Shown: positions 27,946-40,702, counted from the whole stretch's first letter. The stretch is 62,846 nucleotides of DNA, filler included, from Chrysochromulina tobinii (GCA_001275005.1; 5 parts of 5 records of this genome joined end to end with filler, not necessarily neighbours in it); one strand, 5' to 3'. Program-made: numbers and translations. Notes: a model not told the origin generated them from the letters alone.

Positions 27946-30084
27946 TCACCCCACATGCACATTTCCATTGTTTTCGATGGCGAAAGCCGGTGCAAAGCGC
28001 AGGATGGTGCTGGGTGGCACTCCGGCGGACCTGAGCATATCGAAGCTCGACATTAAGCTCGACATTCTCAGGTCGAAGCTCGCGGGCAGCGCGATTGACG
28101 TCAACGAGGAGCAGCCAGAGAAGGCGCCATCACCGAGGCTCGTGAGGCCGGTGGGCAGCGTGATCGACGTCATCGAGGAGCAGTTCTTGAAGGCGCTCCT
28201 ACCGATGCTCGTGAGGCCGGCGGGCAGCTCGATCGACGTCAACGAGGAGCAGAGCTGGAAGGCGCACTCACCGAGGCTCGTGAGGCCTGCAGGCAGCTCG
28301 ATCGACGTCAACGAGGAGCAGCCATAGAAGGCGTGATCACCGATGCTTGTGAGGCCGGCGGGCAGCTCAATCGACGTCAACGAGCCGCAGAACTGGAAGG
28401 CGCACCCACCGATGCTCGTGAGGCCTGCGGGCAGCGCGATCGACGTCATCGAGGAGCAGTCATAGAAGGCGAACTCACCGAGGCTCGTGAGGCCGGCAGG
28501 CAGCTCGATCGACGTCATCGAGGAGCAGCCCTCGAAGGCGTGCAGACCGAGGCTTGTGAGGCCCACGGGCAGCTCGATCGACGTCAACGAGGAGCAGCCC
28601 CAGAAGGCGTACTCACCGATGCTTGTGAGGCCGGAGGGCAGCTCGATCGACGTCAACGAGGAGCAGCCCCAGAAGGCGCCCTCACCGATGCTCGTGAGGC
28701 CGGCGGGAAGCGCGATCGACGTCATCGAGGAGCAGGCCTCGAAGGCGCTCCTACCGATGCTCGTGAGGCCGGAGGGCAGCGTGATCGACGTCAACGAGGA
28801 GCAGCAATTGAAGGTGTCCTCATCGATGCTCGTGAGGCCGGCGGGCAGCTCGATCGACGTCATCGAGGAGCAGCCCCAGAAGGCCCTCTCACTGAGGCTC
28901 GTGATGCCGGCGGGCAGCTCGATCGACGTCAACGTGGAGCACTCATAGAAGGCATACTCACGGATGCTTGTGAGGCCGGCAGGCAGCTCGATTGACATCA
29001 ACGAGGAGCAACCCCAGTAGGCGCCCTCACCGATGCTCGTAAGGCCGGCGGGCAGCGCGATCGACGTCATAGACGTGTCATCGCGGAACGCGTACGCCGG
29101 CACGCGCGCCTCGCCGTCGCGCAGCACGCACGCGGCAAGCAGCACCTCCATGGGCGCCTCGCCCTCGCCGCGGATGCACGCGCGCACCCCCGCCATCGGG
29201 TACGAGCCTGCACCAGAAGACTCCACGCGCCTCAGCGCGGCCACGTCCACCTCGAAACCGCCCAGCCCTGTCACCTTTGCCAGGTTGGGCAGCCAGCGCG
29301 ACGCGTCGGCCACGTCGGCGACGAGGCGACCAGCGGCGCGGCTGTCTGAGAGGTCGAGCTCGGTCACCTCGACGAGGTTGCTCGTGAGCGGCAGGCCGAC
29401 GCGTGCGCACAGCCGCGCGCACAGGACGCGCCGCGCCCGCGCGCGCCACGCGAGGCTCACGCCCTTGAGTGCGCACAGCGTCGGTACGTCGGCGTCCGCG
29501 AGGGCGTCCTCGAGGGCGTCCTCGTTGACGAGCTGCGTCGAGAGCCAGCATGCGGGCGCTGGCGGTGTGGGTGCGTCGGCCGCTCGCGGTGCAGTGGCGT
29601 CGTGCTGAGCGTCGTGCGTGTAAATCGGCTCCTCCGTCGCCGCCTGCCGCTCCGCCTCGGTGGGGAAGTCGCTCACGACGCCCAGCAGCCACCCGAGCTC
29701 CGGGCCACTCTTGCCAGCGAGGTGGCCGGTGCACAGGGAATGCGAGAGAAGGCGGCGCAGCTCGACGTCCACGTCGAGAAAGTGCGCGCCGTGCAACAGC
29801 TGCGCGAGGTGCGTGAGCGAGCACCCCTCCAGCGCCCCGCCGCCATCCTCCGCACCGCCTTCGGCGACGCGCGAGAGCGTGCGGAGCGCAGCCGCAGGCA
29901 CCAGAGTGGCGAACGCCCCCTCGGCGCCGCCCGTGTCGCTCACCCAGTTGGCGAGCGCCGCCGATCGCGCCGCGGCCGAACGGGGCCACGCGACCTCCTC
30001 GCCCTCGACGCTTCGCATCCTTACTTTGCCGTCGTCGCCGTCGCCGCCGATGACGTCGCCGCCGCCGACGGACCTCCCCGACAT
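27946..30084 (-). CDS. SKP1-like domain + F-box + BspA-type (LRR_5) leucine-rich repeat protein, intronless
   Basis: SKP1-like: VRMRSVEGE...LAQLLHGAHFLDV..L...L.GKSGPELGWLLGVVSDFPTEAE. F-box-like: LVNEDALEDALADADVPTLCALKGVSLAWRARA. Then 14 full 23-aa repeats of SSLTSIELPAGLTSIGxxAFxxC. Confidence 0.88.
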   Translation of the reverse strand: MSGRSVGGGDVIGGDGDDGKVRMRSVEGEEVAWPRSAAARSAALANWVSDTGGAEGAFATLVPAAALRTLSRVAEGGAEDGGGALEGCSLTHLAQLLHGAHFLDVDVELRRLLSHSLCTGHLAGKSGPELGWLLGVVSDFPTEAERQAATEEPIYTHDAQHDATAPRAADAPTPPAPACWLSTQLVNEDALEDALADADVPTLCALKGVSLAWRARARRVLCARLCARVGLPLTSNLVEVTELDLSDSRAAGRLVADVADASRWLPNLAKVTGLGGFEVDVAALRRVESSGAGSYPMAGVRACIRGEGEAPMEVLLAACVLRDGEARVPAYAFRDDTSMTSIALPAGLTSIGEGAYWGCSSLMSIELPAGLTSIREYAFYECSTLTSIELPAGITSLSERAFWGCSSMTSIELPAGLTSIDEDTFNCCSSLTSITLPSGLTSIGRSAFEACSSMTSIALPAGLTSIGEGAFWGCSSLTSIELPSGLTSIGEYAFWGCSSLTSIELPVGLTSLGLHAFEGCSSMTSIELPAGLTSLGEFAFYDCSSMTSIALPAGLTSIGGCAFQFCGSLTSIELPAGLTSIGDHAFYGCSSLTSIELPAGLTSLGECAFQLCSSLTSIELPAGLTSIGRSAFKNCSSMTSITLPTGLTSLGDGAFSGCSSLTSIALPASFDLRMSSLMSSFDMLRSAGVPPSTILRFAPAFAIENNGNVHVG
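28082..29075 (-). repeat. Coding tandem array of 69-nt LRR units (14 full plus a partial unit)
   Basis: Recurrent CTCGTGAGGCCGGCGGGCAGCTCGATCGACGTCA.CGAGGAGCAG with a 69-nt period. Confidence 0.95.
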
Positions 30085-30241
30085 GTTTTCGGTGGAAAAG
30101 TATAAACCCTTTCCGGATATCCAATTTGAGGAAGGGAGAGGGCGGAGCAGGGGGCCATGTACATAAGTTGTTGAGGCTACATGCCATGTGTGCTTGTCTT
30201 GCCTTGCAGGACTCTTGCCGTCAAGAATTGCAGGTGTCCTT

Positions 30242-30818
30242 ATGGAAGGGCGCGTCCTTCGGCGAGCTGCTCACCTGCTCGGCCTCGGCCTTCTCGCTGG
30301 CGCGCACGCCTCGACGATGCGCGTACTGCTGCCCGACGGCCGCAACCTCACGCTGCCTGCCACGCATACGGCCTCGTCGCCGGCGCTCCCGGCGCTCTCT
30401 CCGATGGCTGCGCCGCTAGCGCTGCTCTTTGCGGGCGACGCGTGCGCGCCGCTCGCTCCCGACGTGCCGCGCCCCGCGATCGGCGGCTTCGTGCTCTTCG
30501 CACGCCGCGGCGGCTGCGTCTTCGACGTCAAAATGCAGACGGCGATGGCCGCAGGTGCGGCTGCGCTCGTGGTCGGCGACACTCTTGCAGCCGAGTATGC
30601 GGCTCTGTCGGATGCGACCGCGCAGTCGGCGGCGCTCACGAACCCGTGCATCGTGAGCTGCACGGTCGGCCGTGGCGTGGTCGACGCGAGCACCCTCTCG
30701 CTCGCCGACGTACTCGGCGGCTTGCCCAGCTCCTGCCCCGCTCCCGCCGAGTATACGGGCCGCCGCTGCCCAACGAACCTCTGCGCCTTTTCGGGCCACG
30801 CGCCCAATGGCAGCGGCA

Positions 30819-30849
<31 letters not shown>

Positions 30850-33800
30850 CAGCAGCGGTGGAGCTGGCGCCCAAGCCCCTCTATCTGCCCCTCCACCTAC
30901 CCTGCGAGAGGTGTGCTGTGTGCTCGACTCGCTGGGCTGGTCGTCTTGCATGCAAGTGCTCACCACGGCGCCGCGACTCCCCCACAGGTGTGCTGTGTGC
31001 TCGACTCGCCCGCCTTCGAGATGTCGCTGCCCAACACGAGCGGAGCAGGCCATTCAACTGCCGTACCTGCCCTCTACCTGCCCCTCGCCCTGGGCCAACT
31101 CCTCGAGGCTCAGTGCGACCCGCACGCGCGGGCCACGTCACCGCACGCGCGTGCCACGTCACCGCACGCTCGGGCCACGTCACCGCACGCGCGTGCCACG
31201 TCATCAGTCGGCGGCGGCACGGCGACGCCCGGCACGGCGGATCACGGCATGGCACCGGCACTGTCGGCTTGCTCCGCGCTGTTGTATGAGGAGGAGGTAC
31301 CGGTAGGCCACGGCCGTTGGGATTCGTCAGCGCCGCTCATCTGGCTGCTCGCTACTAGGTGCGATGCCCGCTGATGACATCTGATGACATCTGATGACAT
31401 CTGATTACGTCTACGAGGTGCGATGCCCGCTGATGATATCTGATGACATCTGATGACACCTGATGACATCTGATTACGCTTGAGTGCATGCAAATGCTCA
31501 CCACGGCGCTGGCTCCCTCCCCACAGTACCGCCGCCCTCGCCTCGTACCTCGCAGCCCGGGCGCAAGACCAACAGGACAAGCAGGTGTGATGCCCGCTGA
31601 TGACATCCGATGACATCTGATGACATCCGATGACATCGGATTACATCTGAGTGCATCCGAGTGCATGCAAGTGGCGCAAGACCTACAGGTCAAGCAGGCG
31701 CTTGGCGGGACCGCTCGGCGGCGCATGCGAGTGCTCACGACGACGCCCCACGCTCTCCGTTTCCCCACAGGTGGCGCTTGGCGGGACGTCGCTGCGCCAG
31801 GCCGACGTCGACGCCTCGACCCTCGACGCATCGACCGCGATCGGCTTCCTGGTGGGCGTCCGCCCTCCTGATTGCGTCTGATTGCGTCTGATTGCGACTG
31901 ATTGCGATCGGCTTCCTGGTGATGGCGTCCACCTTCTTGAGGATCCTCCTCAGCATGCAAGTGCTCACCACGGCGCCTTGTCCCCACAGGTCATGGCGTC
32001 CACCTTCTTGATGATCCTCTTCTTTCTCGTGCGGGCCGGCTTCAACATCGTGCTGGTGAGCATTGATCTCCCTTGATCTCCCTTGATCGTGCGGGCCGGC
32101 TTCAACATCGTGCTGGTGAGCATTGATCTCCCTTGATCTCCCTTGATCTCCCTTGATCTCCCTTGATCGTGCGGGCCGGCTTCAACATCGTGCTGGTGCT
32201 GCTCAACCCCATGCTCGTCGAGTGCATGCACGTGCTCACCACGGCGCCGTTCCCCCACAGGTGCTGCTCAACGCCATGTTCGTCTTCGCCTCCTCCACCG
32301 CCACCGGGCAGCTGCTCATCGTGCCCGCGCTCACCACGGCGCTCGAGGCGGTTGGGCCTCGGGGCTCCGCCGCATCATACGTGAGCGTGCCCTTCTGCGC
32401 CGACCTGGACAACCTTTGCAGCCCCGGCCGTCTGTCCGTCGTCATGCTGGTAGGCGGTGGCCTCGCGCTGAGCGCTTCGGTGGGCTGGTTCCTCCATCGG
32501 CATGATGAGTGGATGTGGCTGCTCCAGGTGCGTCTGATTGCATCTGAATGGCGTCTGATTGCGTCATGATTGCGTCTGAATGGCGTCGGATGGCGTGATT
32601 GCGTCTGAATGTATCTGAATGGTGTCTGATTGCGTCTGATGGCGTCTGATGGCCTCTGATGGCCTCTGATGGCCCTCTGATTGCGTCTGATTGCCCTGAC
32701 GGAAGTGGATGTGGGCCGCTCCAGGACGCGTTCTCGATGGCGATCTCCCTTGATCTCCCTTGATCTCCCTTGATCTCCATTGATCTCCCTTGCTCCAGGA
32801 CGCGTTCTCGATGGCGATCTGCTGCTTGTTCGTGCGCACGGTGCGCCTACCGTCGCTCAAGGTCGGCACTCTCTTCCTTGGCATGATGTTCTTCTACGAC
32901 GTGTTCATGGTCTTCATTTCGCCCTTGCTGTTCCACGGAGAGTCCGTGATGATGACGGTCGCCACCGCCGGCGAGCCCACGGCGGCTGTCGAGCATGATA
33001 CCGGTCAGTGCACCCTGCTCCAAGTGCCTCTTGATGGACTCTCTGAGTGCACCTGATGAGCTTGCATGCACAGGCAAGTGCATCCGGACCGAGGGCGAGA
33101 CGATGCCGATGCTCATGCTCATCCCCCGCCTGAATCCCTTCCAAGAGGACCTCCTCGATCGCGTCTTCTCGCCGGCACCGCCCCCCCCGCCGCCGCCACC
33201 CCCGGGCACCCCGGACGTTTCGGGCTTGTGGTTTCGTCTCTCCGGCGCTCCGGGCTCCTTTGCCATGATTGGGCTCGGCGACATTGTACGCGTGCCCTCC
33301 TTGATGGCCACTGATTTCAATGATTGGGCTCGGCGACATTGCACGCATGCGTCCGAGCAGCCCTCCCATCCATATTAGGTGCTTCATGATTGCTTCTGAG
33401 TGCTTCTCTGATGGCCGCTCGGATTTATTGGATTACGTCCCTTCCATATTAGGTGCTTCCGGCGCTCGCCATCGCCTACGGCCGCCGCATCGACCTCTAC
33501 CGCGCAGCCGCTGGTCGGCCTGGTAGTGTTTCCTTATTAGACAAGGTGTCCTCGTGCTGCTCCTTTGGCTACTTTGGCTGGTCGGTCACCGGTTACGGTC
33601 TGGGCCTCGCAGTCACGCTCGCCGCCAATGCGTATGGGTGGACCTTTAATGGTGTCCAAGGGCAGCCTGCACTCCTGTACGTCATTGCTACTGATTGCCT
33701 TTGATGGCCATTGATTGCCACACATTAAAGGTCCGCGCTTTGATGGACTGCCTGCACTCCGGTTCGTCAGCACGGTCGTGGGCTTCTCGCGGCAGGCAAG

Positions 33801-34056
33801 TGCTCGCGGCATGCAAGTGCTCACCACAGCGCGCGCGCCCTCTTCACGCCCTCTTCACAGGTACCTCGTGCCCGGAGTGCTCGGGGCGTTACTACTGCGC
33901 TCGTGGCTGCGCTCGGAGATGAGCGCTATGTGGACAGGGAGTGCGGTCCCACCCGCGACGCTGGAGGACGAGAGTCACTCAGAGCTGTGCTCTTATCAAG
34001 AGCCGAGCTCTGGGTACAGCCCCACCTCCTCCACCTCCGCCTCCCAAGTCAACTGA
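30242..34056 (+). CDS. Signal peptide peptidase-like (SPPL2-type, A22B) aspartic protease with a PA domain. At least 9 introns: 30911-30987, 31359-31526, 31585-31770, 31852-31989, 32056-32260, 32528-32798, 33004-33073, 33286-33452, 33677-33860
   Basis: Signal peptide and PA motif (RRGGCVFDVKMQTA). After manual splicing, catalytic FFYDVFMVF, GLGDI|VLPAL and QGQPAL|LYLVP are all in frame. Confidence 0.9.
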
Positions 34057-35157
34057 GCTCCGAATCTCCCGCGTGCACCTCGCGATCTCCCGCGTGCACG
34101 TCGGTGCCGATCTCGCGCAGACCTCGCGCCGACCTTCATCGCTGTTTTGGGGTCCCACGGCTGTTTTGGGTCCCGAGGGGTCTCACCAGGAGAGGGCGCC
34201 TCTGAGGGCGCCGTCGTGGGCGTGGGCGGAGACCACGCACGGGCAGGGGGAGGCTCCTGGTCCGCTCGCGCCCACGACGGCGCCCCAGAGGAGCTCCTGG
34301 TCGACGTGCTGGCTGCTGCTGAAATCGGTCTCGCGAGCTCCCATGCCGCCCACGAGCGGCGACAAGTGCCACGTGACCTGGCGAGTGGCGTGGTCCGGAG
34401 TTGTAACTTTATCTTTAACTTGCGTTGCGTGTCGGATCGACGCTTCTCGCAACCTCGTTCAGGTTCACGGCACCGAACCCCTCCACATGCTACAGGCGGG
34501 CGTACGCGCGGGTCCCCAACGCGCAACGGCGTCGCATATGGGGGTATCGCATATGTTGCGTCGCCGTTCTGCCCAACGGCGCGTCCACCCATATGGGCAG
34601 CCGCCCATATGGGGGTATGCGACGCGACGTGTAACCCCGGCCGCGCGATACACATATGCGACACGCGTGGCCAGGATGTGGCCACCCGACACTCACATAC
34701 TGACCGCGTACACACCGGAGACTCAATCTGAGCGCATTAACGCACGGGGTCCAGTCGCGGGCCGATCCGCGGCGTAGTCGGGCCCCGCGCTCGGTGCGCT
34801 CGGCTCACACTACGTACTCACAACGAGACACACCACACAGGTCACAGCGCTACAACCATTTCTGCCGGGCGCCGGGACCGGGCACCCGCGGCCATTTCCA
34901 ACAGCATGCTGTAGCCTGCACAGCTCCGGAGCCATAAGCCATGCATGCAATAGCCTGCACAGCTCCGGAGCCATATCCTTGCCCTCGAGTCCATTCGTCG
35001 CGAATCTCGGGGCTATCTCTCCATCAGAGGTCCAAGATTCGTCAGCGCGAATCTCGGGGCTATCTCTCCATCAGAGAGTCCGCGTCCGGCGACGCGGGCC
35101 CACTGGCACGTAACGGGAATCTCGGGGCTATCTTTCCGTCCGAGAGTCCGAGATTCG

Positions 35158-37083
<1,926 letters not shown>

Positions 37084-37298
37084 GAGGGCGTCGACGTCCG
37101 TCGATTGCAGTCGCCGGAAAAGAATCCGGAAGTTCCTATGAATATTCCCCCTTTCTCCGAAGTGGCCGAACGCAATCCAACTTTAGAAACCGCTAAGAAA
37201 CCGTAAGCTGTGTGATTCGGAGCCCGCACAGTGAAACAAGTCGGGCCTTATCGTCGGCGCTTGAATGCGCTCTAAATGCGCTCGTGAGGGCTCAGGCC

Positions 37299-40200
37299 TT
37301 ATTTCACTTTCATAATAGGCTGCATCCCACGGCTCACCCTCAGCGTGACCTTCGTCCCTTCGACGAGCAGAATGAGCGGGTCTTCGCTCTCCTCAGGATC
37401 GGCGGCGCCGTGCGACTGGTCGAGCGGCGCACAGAAGACGCCAAAGTGGAGGCGTGAGCGTACCCGATGGTGGCGGGCGAGCGCGCGCAGCACCGTGCCA
37501 TGTTTGGCTCCTGAGGTGGGATCGATTTCGACCATGGCGCACCTGAGGGAAAAGGCGCTGTGGTGAGCATATGCATGCAAGGCAGCCCGTCGGAAGCGTT
37601 ACAGGATCGATTTCGACCATGGCGCACCGCGCGCACGCGCTCGTCACCCGGAGTACAACCCTGCCATCGGCCAGCACGATCTCCGGCACGATCTCCGGGC
37701 GTCGGCCGGGCGTAGCAAGGGCGTCGTGGGCCTCGGCGCCATAGGGTGGGGACGCACTACTCCCATCTTCGGCCTCCTTACTCATCTCGGCGCTCTCGGC
37801 GCTCAAAACGGCGCTCGACCCATCTTCCGCCTCCGCCTCGTCCACCTCAAAAGGCTCGAGCGCCGGCTCGGGCGCCGGCTCGAGGGCCGTGTGCAATCCC
37901 TCGCCGTCGAGCACCAGATTCGGCCGAAAGTGGCGCGCGCTCACCGGGGCATGCCCCACCGCCCGGAGCGACGCGTTCAGCGCTTCCACAGCCGAGTGGG
38001 CGAGCACAAGCAATGGCGCTTCGTTGGCAAAGGCGACGCGGGCAGCACTCGCCTCCTCGATCTGGCTCGTCGAGGCCGCGCTGTGGTGAGCACTCGCATG
38101 CTCCTCGTCGTCACATGGTGCGTCCCTCGTCGCCAGCGGAGACCTGGGGGTTGCACCTGCCGCCATTTGCCGTCGAGGAGCAACTGTCGAGCTGACGCAG
38201 TGCCGGACGAGGCGGCACTGGACTTTGAGTGCCTCCGAGAGCCACTGCGAGACGAGTGCGCCGCCGCAGTCGACGGCGTCACAGTCTTTGCCACACACGT
38301 TGAGCGAGCTGCTCGTCTGCGGACGACTCCCAACGCCCAGCGGCAGCACCAGCGGTGGCCCGCTGCCCATCCGCAGCGTCAGGCGCACAGCGCGCTGCTC
38401 CTGATCTAGCTCGAGGCTGGGCACGAGCAGCGCGAGCATCGGGTACGTTTCGAGTCGCATGACCCTTCCCCCCCCATCAACCAACGCCCACTCGCGATCG
38501 TACAGCAGCTTGGCCGAGCGCCGATGCATCCACCAGCGCGGCACACACATCGCCGGGCAGCTCTTGATCGGGTACACGTAGATGGCGCGCAGGGTGGGCG
38601 CCGTGGTGGGCGCCTTGGCGGCGAGCAGCGAGCGTGCGGGCGCGGGCGAGGATGGCGCCGTGGTGGGCGCCACGAACGCAGACTGCAAGAAGGTGATCAA
38701 GGCGTCCACATCTTCCCACAACGAGTCCTTCCCTAGCGAAGCACGCACCACGCCCGTCGGATGGCCGTCGAAGAAATCCATGGCATCGCCACATTGCTTG
38801 CCCGACGCGGCCGCCGCACGCACCTGCGCATCAGTCAGCCCCAGCACGCTCTGGCAGCCGCCCGGATTACAACAGCAGCCGCCCCGCAACTGAATGGGCG
38901 GCCCGTGCAGCGCCGCCAGCTTCGTCACCTCCGCGTACCCCACCAGCTCCCCAGACTGACGGCGCACGTTGAACGCGACTGTTGGCCCGCTGGTCGGGCC
39001 CTCCACGCTCGTGCGGTCGCCCACCACGGCGCGCTCGGAGCCCACCACGGCGCGTTCACCCACCACGGCGCGTTCGCCCACCACGGCGCGTTCGCGCGCC
39101 GCGGCGCCGTCGGCCGCCAGGGCGGCGCGGGCCGCATGGCGGCCGTAGAGGACGATGGCCGCGCTGCCGTCGGCATGCCGTAGGGCGCGAAGCCGCTCGA
39201 TGAGCTCGGAAGTGAGTGCCGCTGTGTGGGCCGCGATGGCATGCATGCCGCCGAGCTGCTCTATGGCCTCAAAGCCCGCAGGGACGGCGAGGGCTCCGCG
39301 GAAGTGCATCGTGCCATGTGCGAGGGCCTCGACGGCCGTTGGCTTTGGCGTGTGCTCGTTGTGCGCGGCGAGCACGCTCGAGACGGATCCACCTGTGGGG
39401 AAGGGGAAGGGGGGCGCCGTGGTGAGCACATGCATGCTTGTTGGGCGCCGTGGTGAGCACATGCATGCTGGCGGGAGGGTCTCGAGCACGGACCCACCTC
39501 CGAAGTAGCCGGCACCGTCTCGACGCAGGCGCGCTGCGAGGTCCCTGCGCACGAGGAGTGCACCCAATCCCGTAGGCTCCCCGAAGAGCTTGTACAGTGA
39601 CACGCACGCCATGGCCGCGCCGGTGGACGGCAGGTGCACCGGCGCGCTCGCGGCTGCCTTGGAAGCATCGAGCAGCACCCAGTACCGATCGGCGATGCCG
39701 CCGCACAGCATCTGCTCGCGCGTCATCTGCTCGAGGAGCCGCGCGGGCAAATCGGCGTCGGTAGGTCGGTCGCCGGTGAGGTTGCACTCCGCAGGCAGCA
39801 CGATGAGATGATCCACACCGTGCTCGACACTCCCCTCGACACTCGCCTCCAAGGATGGCGCCGGGGCAGCCAGCAATTGCCTCGACACAGCGCTCGACAC
39901 AGCGCCATACACAGCGTCATTCACAGCGTCATTCACAGCGGCGAGCCCAGCGAGCGCTTCGAGTGAGTCGAGTGACACGCAACGGCACTGGGCGCTGGCC
40001 GCCGCTGCAGGTACACGCATCCCAAGCACCGACGTGTGCGCGTTCATCGTGTACGCAAAGAGCGAGCGGCCGCAGCGCGAGAAGGGAAAGGTCTCTGCAG
40101 CAATGCGCAGAGCCGTCGTCGCGCCTGAGGTCCAGATGAGCTCCCATTCATTCGCACGCGCGCCGCAAAAGTGCTGGAGGACGCACCGACGTGCGCGCTC

Positions 40201-40623
40201 GATGGCCGCCGCCGCCGCCGCCGCCGCCGGGCCCGTGGAGTGGGGATTCGCAAGCACGATACTGGCGCTCGCCAGCTCTGCGACGCGCGCTAGCTGCGAT
40301 GAGAGCGGCAGCGCAGCCCCCGCATAGTCCAGGTAAACCATCGCATTGTCACACATCGGCGCGCCAAGCGGTGGCAGTAGCCCGGGCAGCTCACGCGGTC
40401 TCCACGAATCAATCGGCTGCCGAGCAGCCGGGTAACCGTACGCAGGGTGTGCCGCAAGAAATCGGCGCTTGCGCGCCTGAGCAGCGTCATATTCGAACTG
40501 GGTTGCGAACATGGTACGAATTGCGCGCTGCGCACTGCGCCTTTTGCGCAAGCGTCGCACAAGTAGCACCACCGCAGATGCAGCGATCACCGCGACGAAT
40601 CGAAGAGGGAACATCAGCAGCAT
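37299..40623 (-). CDS. MOCOS: Molybdenum cofactor sulfurase (NifS-like PLP domain + MOSC). Introns 39393-39497, 37543-37627 and probably one near 38062-38160
   Basis: VYLDYAGA, ANPHS, HTSVLGMR, LLDASKA, SLYKLFGEPTGLGALLV, LRGGCCCNPG, VRASLG, YVYPIKSC, YDREWALVD, FANE, FRPNLV and CARCAMVEIDP. Confidence 0.92.
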
Positions 40624-40702
40624 TCCTTTGTGTGAATTGGCTGTGAACTCTCGCCGGCACCTACTATCGCGGCGGCCACCTCGACCCCCCCACCCACCCC
40701 CA

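Noticed and set aside
28082..29075. Regular repeat with variable interior resembling a CRISPR array or DGR
   Set aside because: The period is 69 nt (23 codons) and in frame with an LRR protein. There are no unique spacers, cas genes or template/variable repeat pair, and variation is not visibly confined to adenines.
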